DNA of 63,526 bases, counting the filler, from Globobulimina sp. (Eukaryota): NCBI GenBank assembly GCA_003354225.1. It is 21 parts of 21 records of this genome, joined end to end, with 100 filler letters (N's around TTAATTAATTAA, not from the genome) between each part and the next. Parts side by side here need not be neighbours in the genome. Positions count along the whole stretch, not along the records: positions 1 to 2,931 come from PIVH01004312.1; positions 3,032 to 5,962 come from PIVH01004313.1; positions 6,063 to 8,993 come from PIVH01004314.1; positions 9,094 to 12,024 come from PIVH01004315.1; 17 more parts are not named here. The stretch is one strand, 5' to 3'. Below the pieces are notes generated by a model. It ran no database searches, was not told where the DNA came from, and saw only the letters and a program-made list of their open reading frames with translations. Shown piece by piece: positions 1 through 12,124 of the stretch; the first letter of the stretch is position 1; each line of letters starts with the position of its first letter. Both the position numbers and the translations under genes were made by a program.

Positions 1-2931
1 ATCATATTGAAAAGTGGTTTGCTTTGAGCAATGTATCGCATTCGTTGTGCAATAAATTCATCGATCGCTTATTTCCTACGTTGCAGCCAAATATATTCAA
101 TGACAAATCGTTATTTAATGACAAATTATTGCGAGTGTCCTCCATCTCGGGCACCAACACCAAACCCATACTCATTAAGAACTTAACGTATTTATTCGAA
201 TGTTTTCCTATTTTCTACGAATTGAGCATACAATTTATACTCAACATAAAACCCTCTGAAAAGCAAAAATATCAAATGTTACTGGAGTGCATTGTGGAGG
301 CAACGCCGCCAAATAATTTGGATTTGTCGCAATCGCGTAGGAAACGGAAAAAATCGCAGCAAATTGACAGTTTATGGATGGATTCGTACGCCGTTACGGA
401 TGAAGATGATGAGGACGATGAGGAGGAGGAGGATGAAGATGATGATATATCATTGAAAATGTACCATCCGTCGTATATTTTAGGTGCCAAAATGGCGTCT
501 GCGAGGGAGGTACATTCGCATCGAAAAATGTGCGAGGAAACACTGAAAAAATTCATTACTGCCAACAAGTTATGTTATTTATTTTTGATTAGTGCAAGGA
601 TTAATATTTGTTTTTGTTTCCAGATTTGATTTGTGTGTATTTTGTGAATCGTATTTGGAACATATTTCTGAGAAATCGACGAGAAAGGCAAAAAAAAACG
701 GATTGTCGTATTTAAAGAGCAACGCCAAACATTTGATCCTTGCGCAATATTTCATGTATAAAGAATGTAAGCGGACGCAGACACAAAATGAGATTATTGC
801 GTGGAAGTTGCAGTTAATGAAATCGCATGATATTATTACACAATCTTTTGTGCCGTTATCGCATCATTTTGGATTCGATAAAGTGTGCCAGTTATTGTAC
901 AATTTCCTATTATTATCCATCTATAACAGCAATATGACCCATTCCACTGAGACCAATATGAAAATTATTAATTTTAATGATATAATCAATGCAAATGAAC
1001 AGAAAAAGTCCTTTCAATCCATTCCTGTGAGTATGGATACATTGGATACTTTGTTTAATATTAATTTGCAATCAATGTCGTTGGAAAGATCGCACATTAA
1101 TTCTTATCTCATTTTAATTCAATTATTGTTAGAAAGAGGGCTGAAATTTGTATCGCAGTATAAAGATAATAATAATTTAGCATTATATGCGCTATATCCG
1201 TCTCGTAATGGTAGCGATTTAAACGAATTGCTGAATACAGCCATAAATATATCCAAATATTTCCCGCCCACTTCGTTGAATGTGAGCAGTATGAATGGCA
1301 TTGGGCAGAATGACGCCGTTATCATTGAGAAATATATGAATGAGCTATGCCATTTGGATGTATTTATGGAGATATTATTAATATTTACATTATTTTCCTG
1401 TATGAGTTTACCAGAGTTTATCAATGATTTGTTGCGATATCCGACCACTAAACACATGATTGATATGATTATCTTACAACAGTGGCAATTGCCTGCAGCG
1501 CAAAAGGAATCTGACATAAATTATGATAAACACAGCGAGATTTTGCAGAAATTTTGTTATCATTTTATTGCCAATGATGGTGACAATGACAGCAAAAATA
1601 CAAATAAAAGTAAGTCATCGTCACCCTCCAAACAATCAAAAAGTAAAAGCGTTGATGTTTTAAACGTAAATCAATGTAAAAATTTAAGCATTTTGATGTA
1701 TAAAGAGAGGTTATATAATTTACCGACGAATATCGTGAATAAATTGAAAGAATTTGAATCCTTATTTTCAATCAGTAAACATTTTTGGAAATATTATCTA
1801 AATAAAGAATTATTGGCCGATATATTATTACGATATAATTACAAAGATATCATTGTGTCGTATATTGCGCATATAAATAATGACAGCACCATCATTCATT
1901 TAGTAAATGAGCGCGTAAATGATCCAATTTTAATAATTCACGCTATATTTGCCATTATTTGTGGTGGTGTGCAGCATAAAAAATATTGGAAATGTTTATT
2001 TGAACTATTTACACGAATTCGAATTATGTTTAAACAGAAAAACATGTCTGAAATCATTATCCAATCCTTATTATTGCAAATAAATTCATTTAAAATGTAC
2101 CATGGGACTCACAGCCGCGAAATATTAGATTTCCCGCATTTGATTTTCAGCGCAGTTTGTCAGAAATCATTACCATTCATTGATTGCAATGCGATGAAGA
2201 TTCAATTATCATCGCATGCAAACAGTGAATATGCAAACATAAATGCCTGTAAATGGTTGTTTGATATCGCATTAATTACGCAAAACAATAATAATTTATT
2301 AATACAGCAATTAAATTCTATCATTACCTTATTAACACAACAAAAATATACACATTTGCATTTAAAATCATATATCAATTTTGCAGCCAAATGCATCGCA
2401 AATAATACTGACAATGAAGAGCTCGCACAGGAATTATATAAGTATGTAATTGTAATATGTGCGTCATTGTTGTCGTATCCATTGGCATTTGCAAAGTTAT
2501 TGCAAGAGAATAATATTGATATTGATATACAGCATATTGTCGAATATGGATTAAAAAAAGCAAAACAAACTATGTGCACATTAATGCAGCCCACCTCAAG
2601 CAGTGATAATTCGCTGTCATGGTCTTTGTTGAGTATAAATCAAACTAATTTTACATTGTTGGCTATCAAAGAAGCAGAGGGTGGAAATTATAAATGTCCC
2701 TTGAATGTAATCATTTGTATGTTGTATATCATTGGTTATTGTAAGAATGTGCAATGTATCGAATGGTTGGAATATATCATATCAAAAGAATTGAAATTAA
2801 AGATATTAATGGATAGCTGTACTAATAATCATTTACAAAAGAAAATACCACAAGAATTGAGATGGAAACTGCTATTAAGATATGATAATTTGCAGTTATA
2901 TTGTTTTATTTATAGGATATCCAATATACAG
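1..2931 (+). CDS. Large helical hypothetical protein, partial at both ends; intron 569-623
   Basis: ORFs 24-629 and 592-2979 join in frame through a 55-nt GT..CAG intron (…ANK|FDLCVF). It has an acidic tract; no family recognised. Confidence 0.7.
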
Positions 2932-3031
2932 NNNNNNNNNNNNNNNNNNNNNNNNNNNNNNNNNNNNNNNNNNNNTTAATTAATTAANNNNNNNNNNNNN
3001 NNNNNNNNNNNNNNNNNNNNNNNNNNNNNNN
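2932..3031. other. Artificial contig linker (44 N + TTAATTAATTAA + 44 N); first of 20 identical linkers
   Basis: The same 100-bp block recurs about every 3030 bp (5963, 8994, 12025, 15056, 18086, 21116, 24146, 27176, 30206, 33236, 36266, 39296, 42326, 45356, 48385, 51414, 54443, 57471, 60499). The 12-mer gives stops in all six frames, and contig lengths fall monotonically from 2931 to 2928. Confidence 0.99.
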
Positions 3032-3059
3032 ACAATCAGTTTCATCCGATGAGGATCCA

Positions 3060-4468
3060 ATGCCTGAATCCACTCCGTTTGCGAAACTGTTGACTAAATC
3101 ATCAAAATCCAATGGCTCTCATGATTTGCAACTTTTGATTGATAATATAGTATTAAATAACACCGTGTCCGAATTGAATGTAAATGATACAATGCCTGAA
3201 ACAATACCTTTTGGGAAACTTTCGACAAAACCATCGAAATCATGTGATTTACACCTTTTGATTGACAATTTAATATTAAATAATACTGTGTCTGCCCCGG
3301 GAAACAGCGAAGAGGATATGACTGTGACAGAAAACGGATACAAACGAATTTATAAAACATGTGACACAGAAAACGAATTCAAACGAACTTATTCATGTGA
3401 ATCAGTTGGAAGTTATGTTACCTGCACAATCAAGAAAATCAGCAAAAAAAAACATAACTCAAATATGCATATGTCTGATAATTTAGTGATCATGAAAGAA
3501 GCCATGATTTTAAAGCATTTAACAACTGATTATAAACTGACTGGTAATTATATCGTTAAATATGTTGATTATTTTGAGTCTGCAACACATTGTTATTTAG
3601 TAACAAAATATATGGATGGCATGGATTTAGCACAATTTATAAAGAAAGCACATAAATATCTGATTAACGGGCAATTGAAATCAAAAAAATATCAAACACG
3701 AATTAAATATATTATGTGGCAGCTGTCAGCTGTACTCCTTTGGTTACATAACGTTTATCATTGTATGTTATGTCTGTGTCTCTGTTATGGATTGCTAGAT
3801 TATGCAATCTGTTATGGAATATATCATATTTGTATACAGGTTGCCATTTAGATCTATGTCTGTCAAATATAATGATTAACAATGTAGGATTCATAGAGAA
3901 ATGTGATGGCTCAGTGCGTATTTATGGTGCAATGTCTGTTCAATTAATTGGTTTCAGCGCAGCGGAAATATTTAATACTGATTACTTAGAAACTGTGGCA
4001 TATTTTAAATGTACCAAACAACTGCAAAGTGGTACTGTGAATCATGAACGATTTAAAGCACCGGATGTGTTTTTTGACGAATGTTGCTATAATGCAAAAG
4101 CTGCCGATATGTGGTCTTTAGGAGTTATATTTTATGAGTGTATGACTGGAGAATCGCTTTTTAAACAACCAAAGAATAAATGCAGTTATTCTACAGTGAC
4201 CGGAAATAATTTGAAACAATGTTTGGTTGCAAATAATTTTTTCTCTAAATTTAAAAACGGATCGTTTTTGTTATTAAATAGTTTGTTACAATTTGATGAA
4301 AATAAAAGATTTACCGCTTTGAATATGGTTGAAAATAAATGGTTTTCCAAATATTATAACAAATATCAAGAAGAAATGAAGAAAAAAATAGTGTCTGATA
4401 GTAAACGTTTGGAAAATAACAGAGAAACTATGAACAATTTTCCATATTATAATTACTCGACATGTTAA
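3060..4468 (+). CDS. Divergent Ser/Thr protein kinase, probable pseudokinase; intron 3763-3839
   Basis: Splicing gives YHCCHLDLCLSNIM (catalytic loop). Also KAPDV and ADMWSLGVIFYECMTG. DFG is replaced by GFS and no Gly-rich loop is evident. The N-terminus carries a ~35-aa tandem duplication. Confidence 0.8.
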
Positions 4469-4786
4469 TTGATGGATTCAGGATATCTTTTCTATTTATT
4501 TTTTATTACACTCCCATTCGTTCGTATTTATATAATATAGTAGATTTATTATTTTTTGCCATATGTGCATGATATATCGTTCTCCTTGCGATATATCATT
4601 TCTCTTGCGTTAAATGATGAAAATTAGATGATTTGTTACTCAGGTGAGTTGTTTTTTGAAAATTAATCGAATAAAGCTGTCAATTATGTAATGTATAGTA
4701 AGTGTACGTTCCGCTATTAATTGAATGGTCATAATGATTACTCATAATAAAGAGAACTTTGATTGTTGATCGACGTGCGATATACA

Positions 4787-5356
4787 ATGGCAATTAAAAA
4801 GAAAGGTAAAAGTAAAAAAACTAAAAAAGGTAACAAAAAAGGGAAGAAAGACAGTTTTAACAAATGTAATAATTTATCAAAAGAAGAATTAATACAAAAA
4901 TGTATCTCTGAGCATATGGATATAATTGAGATGATGTATCATTTCATTTTAGGCCCTTTGAATAAAGCAGAGAAACAAAGAGAGGAATTATCCAAACTAA
5001 AATGCAAAGAAAACGATATAAGATACACTCCGAAAGCATCAATTCCGTTCCATAGATTCCAAACTATCATTGAAACAATGACAGATATTTCAGATGAAAA
5101 GTCAGAAGAAACAGTCGCAACAAAACAAAATAAATTTCAAAAAGAAAGTATAATGTTAGATGTATTTGAATGGTTTGATTTAAGTGGCCGAGGAGTTGTT
5201 TCTTATCAACAATTTGAGCAAAGAATGGGTGAATTTTTTTGTGAAGAAAATGCTTCCAAACCTAAAAAATCCAAAACAAAGACAAAGGCAAAAGGAAAAG
5301 GAAAAAAAGGAAAAAAAGTGAAAAAAAAGGGCGCTAAATCCAAGAAGAAAAAGTAA
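4787..5356 (+). CDS. Small EF-hand-like protein with Lys-rich termini
   Basis: VFEWFDLSGRGVVSYQQF resembles an EF-hand loop. Both ends are K/G-rich. ATG and stop are both inside the contig. Confidence 0.6.
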   Translation: MAIKKKGKSKKTKKGNKKGKKDSFNKCNNLSKEELIQKCISEHMDIIEMMYHFILGPLNKAEKQREELSKLKCKENDIRYTPKASIPFHRFQTIIETMTDISDEKSEETVATKQNKFQKESIMLDVFEWFDLSGRGVVSYQQFEQRMGEFFCEENASKPKKSKTKTKAKGKGKKGKKVKKKGAKSKKKK

Positions 5357-6457
5357 CATAACTATTCTGCCTCGGTGTGATTGGATTTTCTATGCAAACT
5401 CATACAAATTTGACACAGTCTTAATTGAGAATCGTATGCTAATATATACATAATAATAATATCCTGCACTGACAAGCCACGAATTAGTTCACTTACTTGA
5501 AAGGTTTTCACAGTTAACTTTTTTGGCAATGACCTAGTATTTGAAGTTAAAAACCACTCTAGCTAACCCAAAAACTTAGCTAATCATTGTGACGTGCAAT
5601 GTGTTGTATTTATTAAGTTGAATTTTGTCCCACTACTACTTGAAATGAAACGATACGAAACTAAGCCAAAAAAGTTAAATGTAGCATTTAGGAGGATTGG
5701 GATTGATTAAAATAACTGTTCCAATGAAAGTGAGAAAAACATGATCTAAGCGAATATCTTTTATTTCGCGAAATAGAATAAATTTATCATGGATTTAGTA
5801 CATTGAATTCACTCTCTCACAAACAACATAAAAGCAAACATTCAAACATGTTGCATTAAATAATCCAACGCTTGATTAAAACCAACACTATTTGTGTTTG
5901 CAATGGCATCAAAAGCCGCATCATATTCAAATCCCATACTGACCAATGTCTCAATCCATTCANNNNNNNNNNNNNNNNNNNNNNNNNNNNNNNNNNNNNN
6001 NNNNNNTTAATTAATTAANNNNNNNNNNNNNNNNNNNNNNNNNNNNNNNNNNNNNNNNNNNNAATGAGTTCATAGGTGATAGGAGAACTGGATTATAGCG
6101 TTGGTTTGAGATCTGTGTATGACATCTCGAAACAATAAAAAAAAAACGAAGTTCTGAACATTTCCAAAACTTCACAACTGTGTATAATGGATTGTTGGAA
6201 ACAAAAACGCAAACAAAAAAAAATGAATATATTTACTAAACCGTAACTGTTTTGTTTAGGCATATTCACAAAAAATAAAAATACAAAAAACGAATGGCTA
6301 CCACATAATATACATTGTTATAATTTTTTTATTGAGCATTATCCGCATACAATATAAAAATTAATATTATAAATTAACTGACACATTATATTTGAACATG
6401 GCTCCTTTATATAATCAAATAATTATAACAGCAATATACAAGGGTCACATCTGCATA

Positions 6458-8302
6458 TTAATTAAACGCAGAATCGAAATTAAATGTCGTTTCTGGCGAT
6501 TGATTGTATCGATTTTGCATACAAACAGACTGCGAATTATTCTCATATGGTGTGAATATTAACGGATCCACACTTTGTGACATATCATGAATGAATTCGA
6601 ACTGACACGAGAAGCCATCATCATTCACCACCGTGTCATCTATCACTGGCAATAATGTATCCATTGCAATTGGTGGTGATATCGATGGTGTCGGCAATGG
6701 CGGCAATGGTGGCTGCATCACTTGAATTGGTGCTGTTTGTACATGCATCTGCGGTGAGGGCACTGCTAAAGGTCTGTCATAATATACATGATGCGGTGGT
6801 GCTATTGGTGGTGGTTGATGCGGATATAATGGCGGAGGAAGAGCGTGCATCTGCATATTGTAATGCGTCCTACGTTGATTTATTATAAATTTTAAATGTT
6901 GTATCTCCTCACGTAATGCATCATTTTCTCTTCGAATATCTACTGCTTTTCTCAACATTGGCCTTACCATCGCACCAACATTGCCATTGTCAGGACCATA
7001 GGGAGCAAATGTCGGTGACATGGATATTGTTGATATAGTGGTACGGTCATCAGCGGCATGCATTGTATTCGTATTTGTGCAGTTTGTGCAATCCGAACAG
7101 AACTGGTTATTATAATTATACTCCTCGGAGACTAACGCATTTATAGCAGAAACATCTCCGATGGATTCCATATCAAATTCATTATTATTATTCATAGATT
7201 TGTGCTGTGTTTGACAATGTTTTCTTGCACAATTTGCTTTTTTCCTGATTCTGTGTTGCCGTTGCACTCTTTTTCTATAATTTGCTTTAGTTTCTCTCCC
7301 TTTTCTGTCTCGAAAACTATGCGTATTGGTACGCGTGGCTTGAAACTGTCGTTTTTTTCTTTTACGCGTACAATGAACGTCGAGCGAAGGTGGTGTATTG
7401 GAGGATGATGATATATTGCTAACCAGATCAATCTCATCCTCATCCTCATCGCTCTGCATATGATCCTCACCATCAATATCAACATGTTTTAACTCATCAA
7501 AATCGCCAAAATGAATATCATCCGCTAATATTAAATCATTTCCATTGAACGGTAGATTTAATAATGTGCACACTTTGCGTTTTTGTTGTAAATATTTTTG
7601 ATTTGTGTATCTTTTCCATTTAATAAAGAAATCCGCAGCAATAATATTTGATTTTTGCTCCTTTGTTTTTCGCGCAGCTTTAGCACATTGAATGAATTTA
7701 CCAACAGTTAATATCTTATGCAATTGCTGTAATTCAGTATGGATTCCCTGCGATTTTACTAATGTTCGATGGCGCATTAATGGCTTTGGTTTGGTGCGAT
7801 GGAATTTTATTTCTTCACTAAACAATGCGTTGGCAAATGATAAACAGAGCAAGTCTCTGACTTCGCGTCTCATGGCTTGGCAATCCATTGTAAATGAACA
7901 GTATTCGCATAAAAGTGCTAGAAACTATGTTATTTGTACATATTGTACATATACAACAGTTACATAGCTTACATAGCTTACACAAAAGGCACAGACAGTA
8001 AACAAATAATAAAATGTAAAATTAACTTGTCTGACTTTTTTAATGTAGGGCGCAAAAAAATAATCACCAGATATTTTCCACGAGGTCTGGTCTTGATGAT
8101 TTTTGGCCTTTTTTACAAATTTCTGGAAGGTGTCAATCAAAATTATTTCGCCATTTGCGTCTGCTTTTTTGCATTGTTTTATTTGAACGCCGTCCCATTT
8201 ATTTATTTGTATATTGGTTTGTTTTGCTGCGTTGTTTATGATCTCATCATCATCGATGAAATGCGGGGCATCTTTGCGTCTGGAAAGGCCTAAGTTTGTC
8301 AA
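6458..8302 (-). CDS. Hypothetical multi-exon protein with acidic, basic (NLS-like), coiled-coil and Pro-rich segments
   Basis: A 476-aa ORF plus upstream ORF 7925-8302 separated by intron-like AT-rich sequence. The 5' structure is unresolved. Confidence 0.5.
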
Positions 8303-9134
8303 TTCTTTTTCTGCCTACTTATGATTGTTGTGTTTGTTATGTGATAAATTATAAAAATAAATTCTAAACTTTATGGACGCAGTTCTTTATTCCTCCTCTT
8401 CTTTCACGTAAATGTTGGTTGATTCGCTCCTGTTGTTTATAGATTGGATGTTTTAACATGTTTTGCATAAAGATATGTGTATACAAATGTTAACTTCGGA
8501 TTCATATCTTGCTTTTTTATCAAATTGAGAATAATTTGGACAATATTTTAATACTTCACTTGATAAATGTGGTTCATATTCATATTGTGAATTCTTTTTT
8601 TGCTGTCGACGACGTGACATTGCGTATTGTATTGACATATGTGATCAGGATGATAAGAGCAAAAAATGAGAACAGATTAAGTGAAATGTAAATTTGAAGT
8701 TTGGAAATTCTACGAAAACCTTGACAGCAGTATAACATCTGGTACCTTTCGAAGGATTTAAAATATAAAATTCAAAAGCTCGTAACACAAAAAACAAATT
8801 CAGTTATCATGAATGAATGATAACTCTTAACGTATATATATCAAACACACTACAAAATTAAACAAAAAAGTAATCTACAAATACGAAAAAAAATAAAAAA
8901 GCAAATGCATTGGGGTTCATTTTGGTTAATCAAGTGTCATTTTATTTGGCCAAATTGGGGATTTTGCCCACAACATACAACCAAATTAACACANNNNNNN
9001 NNNNNNNNNNNNNNNNNNNNNNNNNNNNNNNNNNNNNTTAATTAATTAANNNNNNNNNNNNNNNNNNNNNNNNNNNNNNNNNNNNNNNNNNNNAATAAAT
9101 AGAGAATTTTTATGAAATTAAATATAAAAATAAA

Positions 9135-10286
9135 TTAATGTTTTTTATGTATCAATCTTGATATTGCTTGTTGATATTTATAATATATGTTTAATGTAAT
9201 TTTTTCTCTAACTTCAATAGGTAATAATTCCATGGCTCTATAAAGTATTTTGTTTATGATTTTTGTATTAATGAAAGTTTTTTGATATGTGCCATATTCA
9301 TTAATTTGTATTTTATTTTCATCGGGTTTCCACCATTTATTATTTAATAAATAAACCTTATTGTTGTTCATATATATTTTGATTTTTTCTTTTTTGTTTA
9401 CAATGTATTTATTTATTAATTGACTTCTTTGATCATAATCGATATGTTTGCACCTTCTGATATCATAAGAATTCCATTCATTGCAATTTATAAATGTCTC
9501 ACATACAATTTGTTTCATTGATAGATATTTTTCTTTATTATCATTAATAATAATGTATCTTTCTTGTAATGTTAGCATAATTCCATTGATATCTTGCTTA
9601 ATATTTGAGGATTTGCATACAAATGACCTGATTTTGTTTGACTCTCTTGTTGTTTCGTAATTTATTTTGTTTTCATCACCAATCGATATCGTCATGTCAC
9701 ACATTTCAACTTTTCTGTTTTCGATATCAATGTCCGTTTCAAAGTCAAATTGTGGATAAATTGTTGTAATGATAATATTTGCTTCAGTTTCTGTTAAAAT
9801 TGGATCTTTGGGGATGATGGTAATGTCATCCTTGTATCTTATCAATGCCTTGCAATTATTATCAATTATTTCATAATTCGTAATCTCGTGCACTCTCATT
9901 ACCAATGAACAGTTGTCATTTCCTGATTTGCTGCCTTGTACTTGCGAGTTAATTATTTTCTTCGTTGTGTCATTATAACTAAAATACGCATTGTCATAAA
10001 CGTGATTGGTGGCAGTATGGAATAAATTTACTTCTTCATCGGTTACATAGTTGGGTGGTAACAAGTGATTTTTTTCTGTTTCATACGATTTATGTACCAT
10101 ATCACCATCAATATGGTCGTACATTACGTTAATGTCCGAAATGAATATAATGTCATTCTCATTCAATATTAAATTATTGTTCAATTCATCTAATTTTATC
10201 ACAATGTCTCTAATGTCATCGCTTTCAAATGTTTTGTTTGGATGATAATGAATTAAGCCATAATTAATTTTTCTCGCCCCTTCCAA
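9135..10286 (-). mobile_element. Reverse transcriptase of a Penelope-like retroelement, 5'-truncated
   Basis: RT motifs in order: FISDINVMYDHI (A), SQVQGSKSG (B), LIRYKDDITII (C), VEMCDMTI (cf. LPFLDVxI), then FVCKSSNI (cf. the Penelope YLxxxSxHP region). Intronless and very AT-rich. Confidence 0.75.
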
Positions 10287-10315
10287 ACGGTTATAGGAAT
10301 TAAGCCATAATTAAT
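10250..10315 (+). repeat. 19-bp direct repeat GAATTAAGCCATAATTAAT at the 5' break of the RT ORF
   Basis: Copies at 10250-10268 and 10297-10315. AAACGGTTAT and AATAATTATTCCA are also duplicated within the next 100 bp. Confidence 0.85.
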
Positions 10316-10498
10316 AAAAAACTGCTTTTTTACTCAACAAACGGTTATCAATAATTATTCCAGTTTTTCAAGATTTCAATAATTATTCCAATTTCTACAA
10401 TTATTCAGAATCCAAATAGGTAAACCCTTTCGAAAATCGTAATATACATTATTGATTCTGAAAACAAGATTGTTTTAGCAATGTCAGAATAAGTCTGA

Positions 10499-12024
10499 TC
10501 AATCCGAGTCATCATTATCCGATTCGTCTGTCCATGTACAATCAGTTGGTTCTTCCCTTAAAACATCCAAATAGTCTTTTTCTAAGAAGCCTAAATTTTC
10601 CCTTGCCTCTGCAAATTCGCCTTCTGCCATTCCTTCAGCAACATACCAATGAACAAAGGCTCTTTGTGAGTACATTAAGTCATAACTCTTTAATATTCGC
10701 TCCCTCAAAAATCTAGACATCAATGTATTGTTTCCGATTGCTACGGCACTGCGTTCTGGCACTCCCATACAATCAGTATCCGATATGACTGCTTTGTGTT
10801 CATGCAATCCAATCCCAAACCAAGTTGGACTCCATTCTATTTATATTATATTCCATGACACCATGACACAAAAAAAGATCGTTAAATTATAAACATACCA
10901 ACAAACGTTACTTTTTTACCAACTGTCAATTGTTTCAATGCAATGTTGGCTTTGTCTCTTTCAACATTCCCTCGAAAATACGTAGAAATTGTCATATATT
11001 TATCTCGCTCAGCATCAAAATCCAAACATTCCACCATAAAATTATCCGCATCGAAAGCTTGTTTTGCAATGTCATAAACCGTAAACTTTGGACATCCGAC
11101 ATCATAAACGGAGTAAATTATATTCATCAAATCTTTATATAACAAACCATCGTAAAGATGTTCGCTTATTCTGTCATTAAAACTGCTTCTCACGAAACCA
11201 TCCACCAATATTCTTTTATTTTGCATGAATGTCTGTTTATTTATAATTGGAGCAATTGAAGTTGTCAGAAAATGTAATCTTGGAAAATCACAGCGAATTT
11301 CATTCAAATCGCGATTGAGCTCACTTTCGAATCTAATCCCTGCCGTACACGCACAAACTACTTTGGATATAATGTTATTCAAATCATCATAACTCGGAGT
11401 TGGAACATATAATTTCCCATTGCATATATCATATACTTTTCTGTTGTCGAACACAAACGACCACTCCGTATGATCCAGAAGCCAATGGGTTGCTAATAAA
11501 GCGTTATATGCTTCGACCTGACCCGTTGAATATCGATTGTTGAATGGATAAATATGGAAACCTAATTTTGATTTCTTCCGATAATCCACGGCAATTCTTT
11601 CCAATATTAAAGCGGCTAAACCTGAACCTGTGCCACCTCCGACTGCATTATTCATGACAAAACCTTGTAAATTGTCGCATTTATCCACCAATTTACGCAA
11701 TCTGTCATTGACTTTGCCGATGAGTTCTTTACCAACACTGTAATGGCCGCGAGCAAAGTTGTTTGCTGCATCCTCTTTTCCTGAAACTAAAAATTCTGTA
11801 TCAAAAATCTTTGAATATTTACTGTCAATAACATTATCAATGATATTCGCTTCTAAATCAACCATTAAATTGCGTGGAATGAATTTGCCGGATTCAGTTT
11901 CTTCATAAAAACATAGCAATGATCGGTTCGTGTCGTCTGCTATATTTCCTTCAGTGTCAATGGCATGCTCAGCGCAATATTGTCTCCATATAGTTTGTGC
12001 TAATGGAATGCCAGCGCAGCCAAC
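10499..12024 (-). CDS. TUBA: Divergent alpha-tubulin, 5'-partial; intron 10837-10898
   Basis: GKEDAANNFARGHY, GGGTGSG, FPRLHF, FVEWSPT (after splicing) and YSQRAFVHWYVAEGMAEGEFAEARENL are alpha-tubulin signatures. Confidence 0.93.
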
Positions 12025-12124
12025 NNNNNNNNNNNNNNNNNNNNNNNNNNNNNNNNNNNNNNNNNNNNTTAATTAATTAANNNNNNNNNNNNNNNNNNNN
12101 NNNNNNNNNNNNNNNNNNNNNNNN

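Noticed and set aside
272-568. Antisense ORFs such as the poly-Ser ORF here and those opposite HSP90, the kinases and the dynein-stalk gene
   Set aside because: They are shadows of real coding sequence on the other strand, with no independent motifs.
7962-7982. CATAGCTTA tandem repeat
   Set aside because: About two copies inside a probable intron; trivial slippage.
9135-10286. RT as a retron, DGR, group II intron or telomerase
   Set aside because: Motif spacing and downstream sequence fit Penelope-like RTs. No msr/msd, TR/VR pair, maturase domain or TERT T-motif is visible, and the context is eukaryotic.
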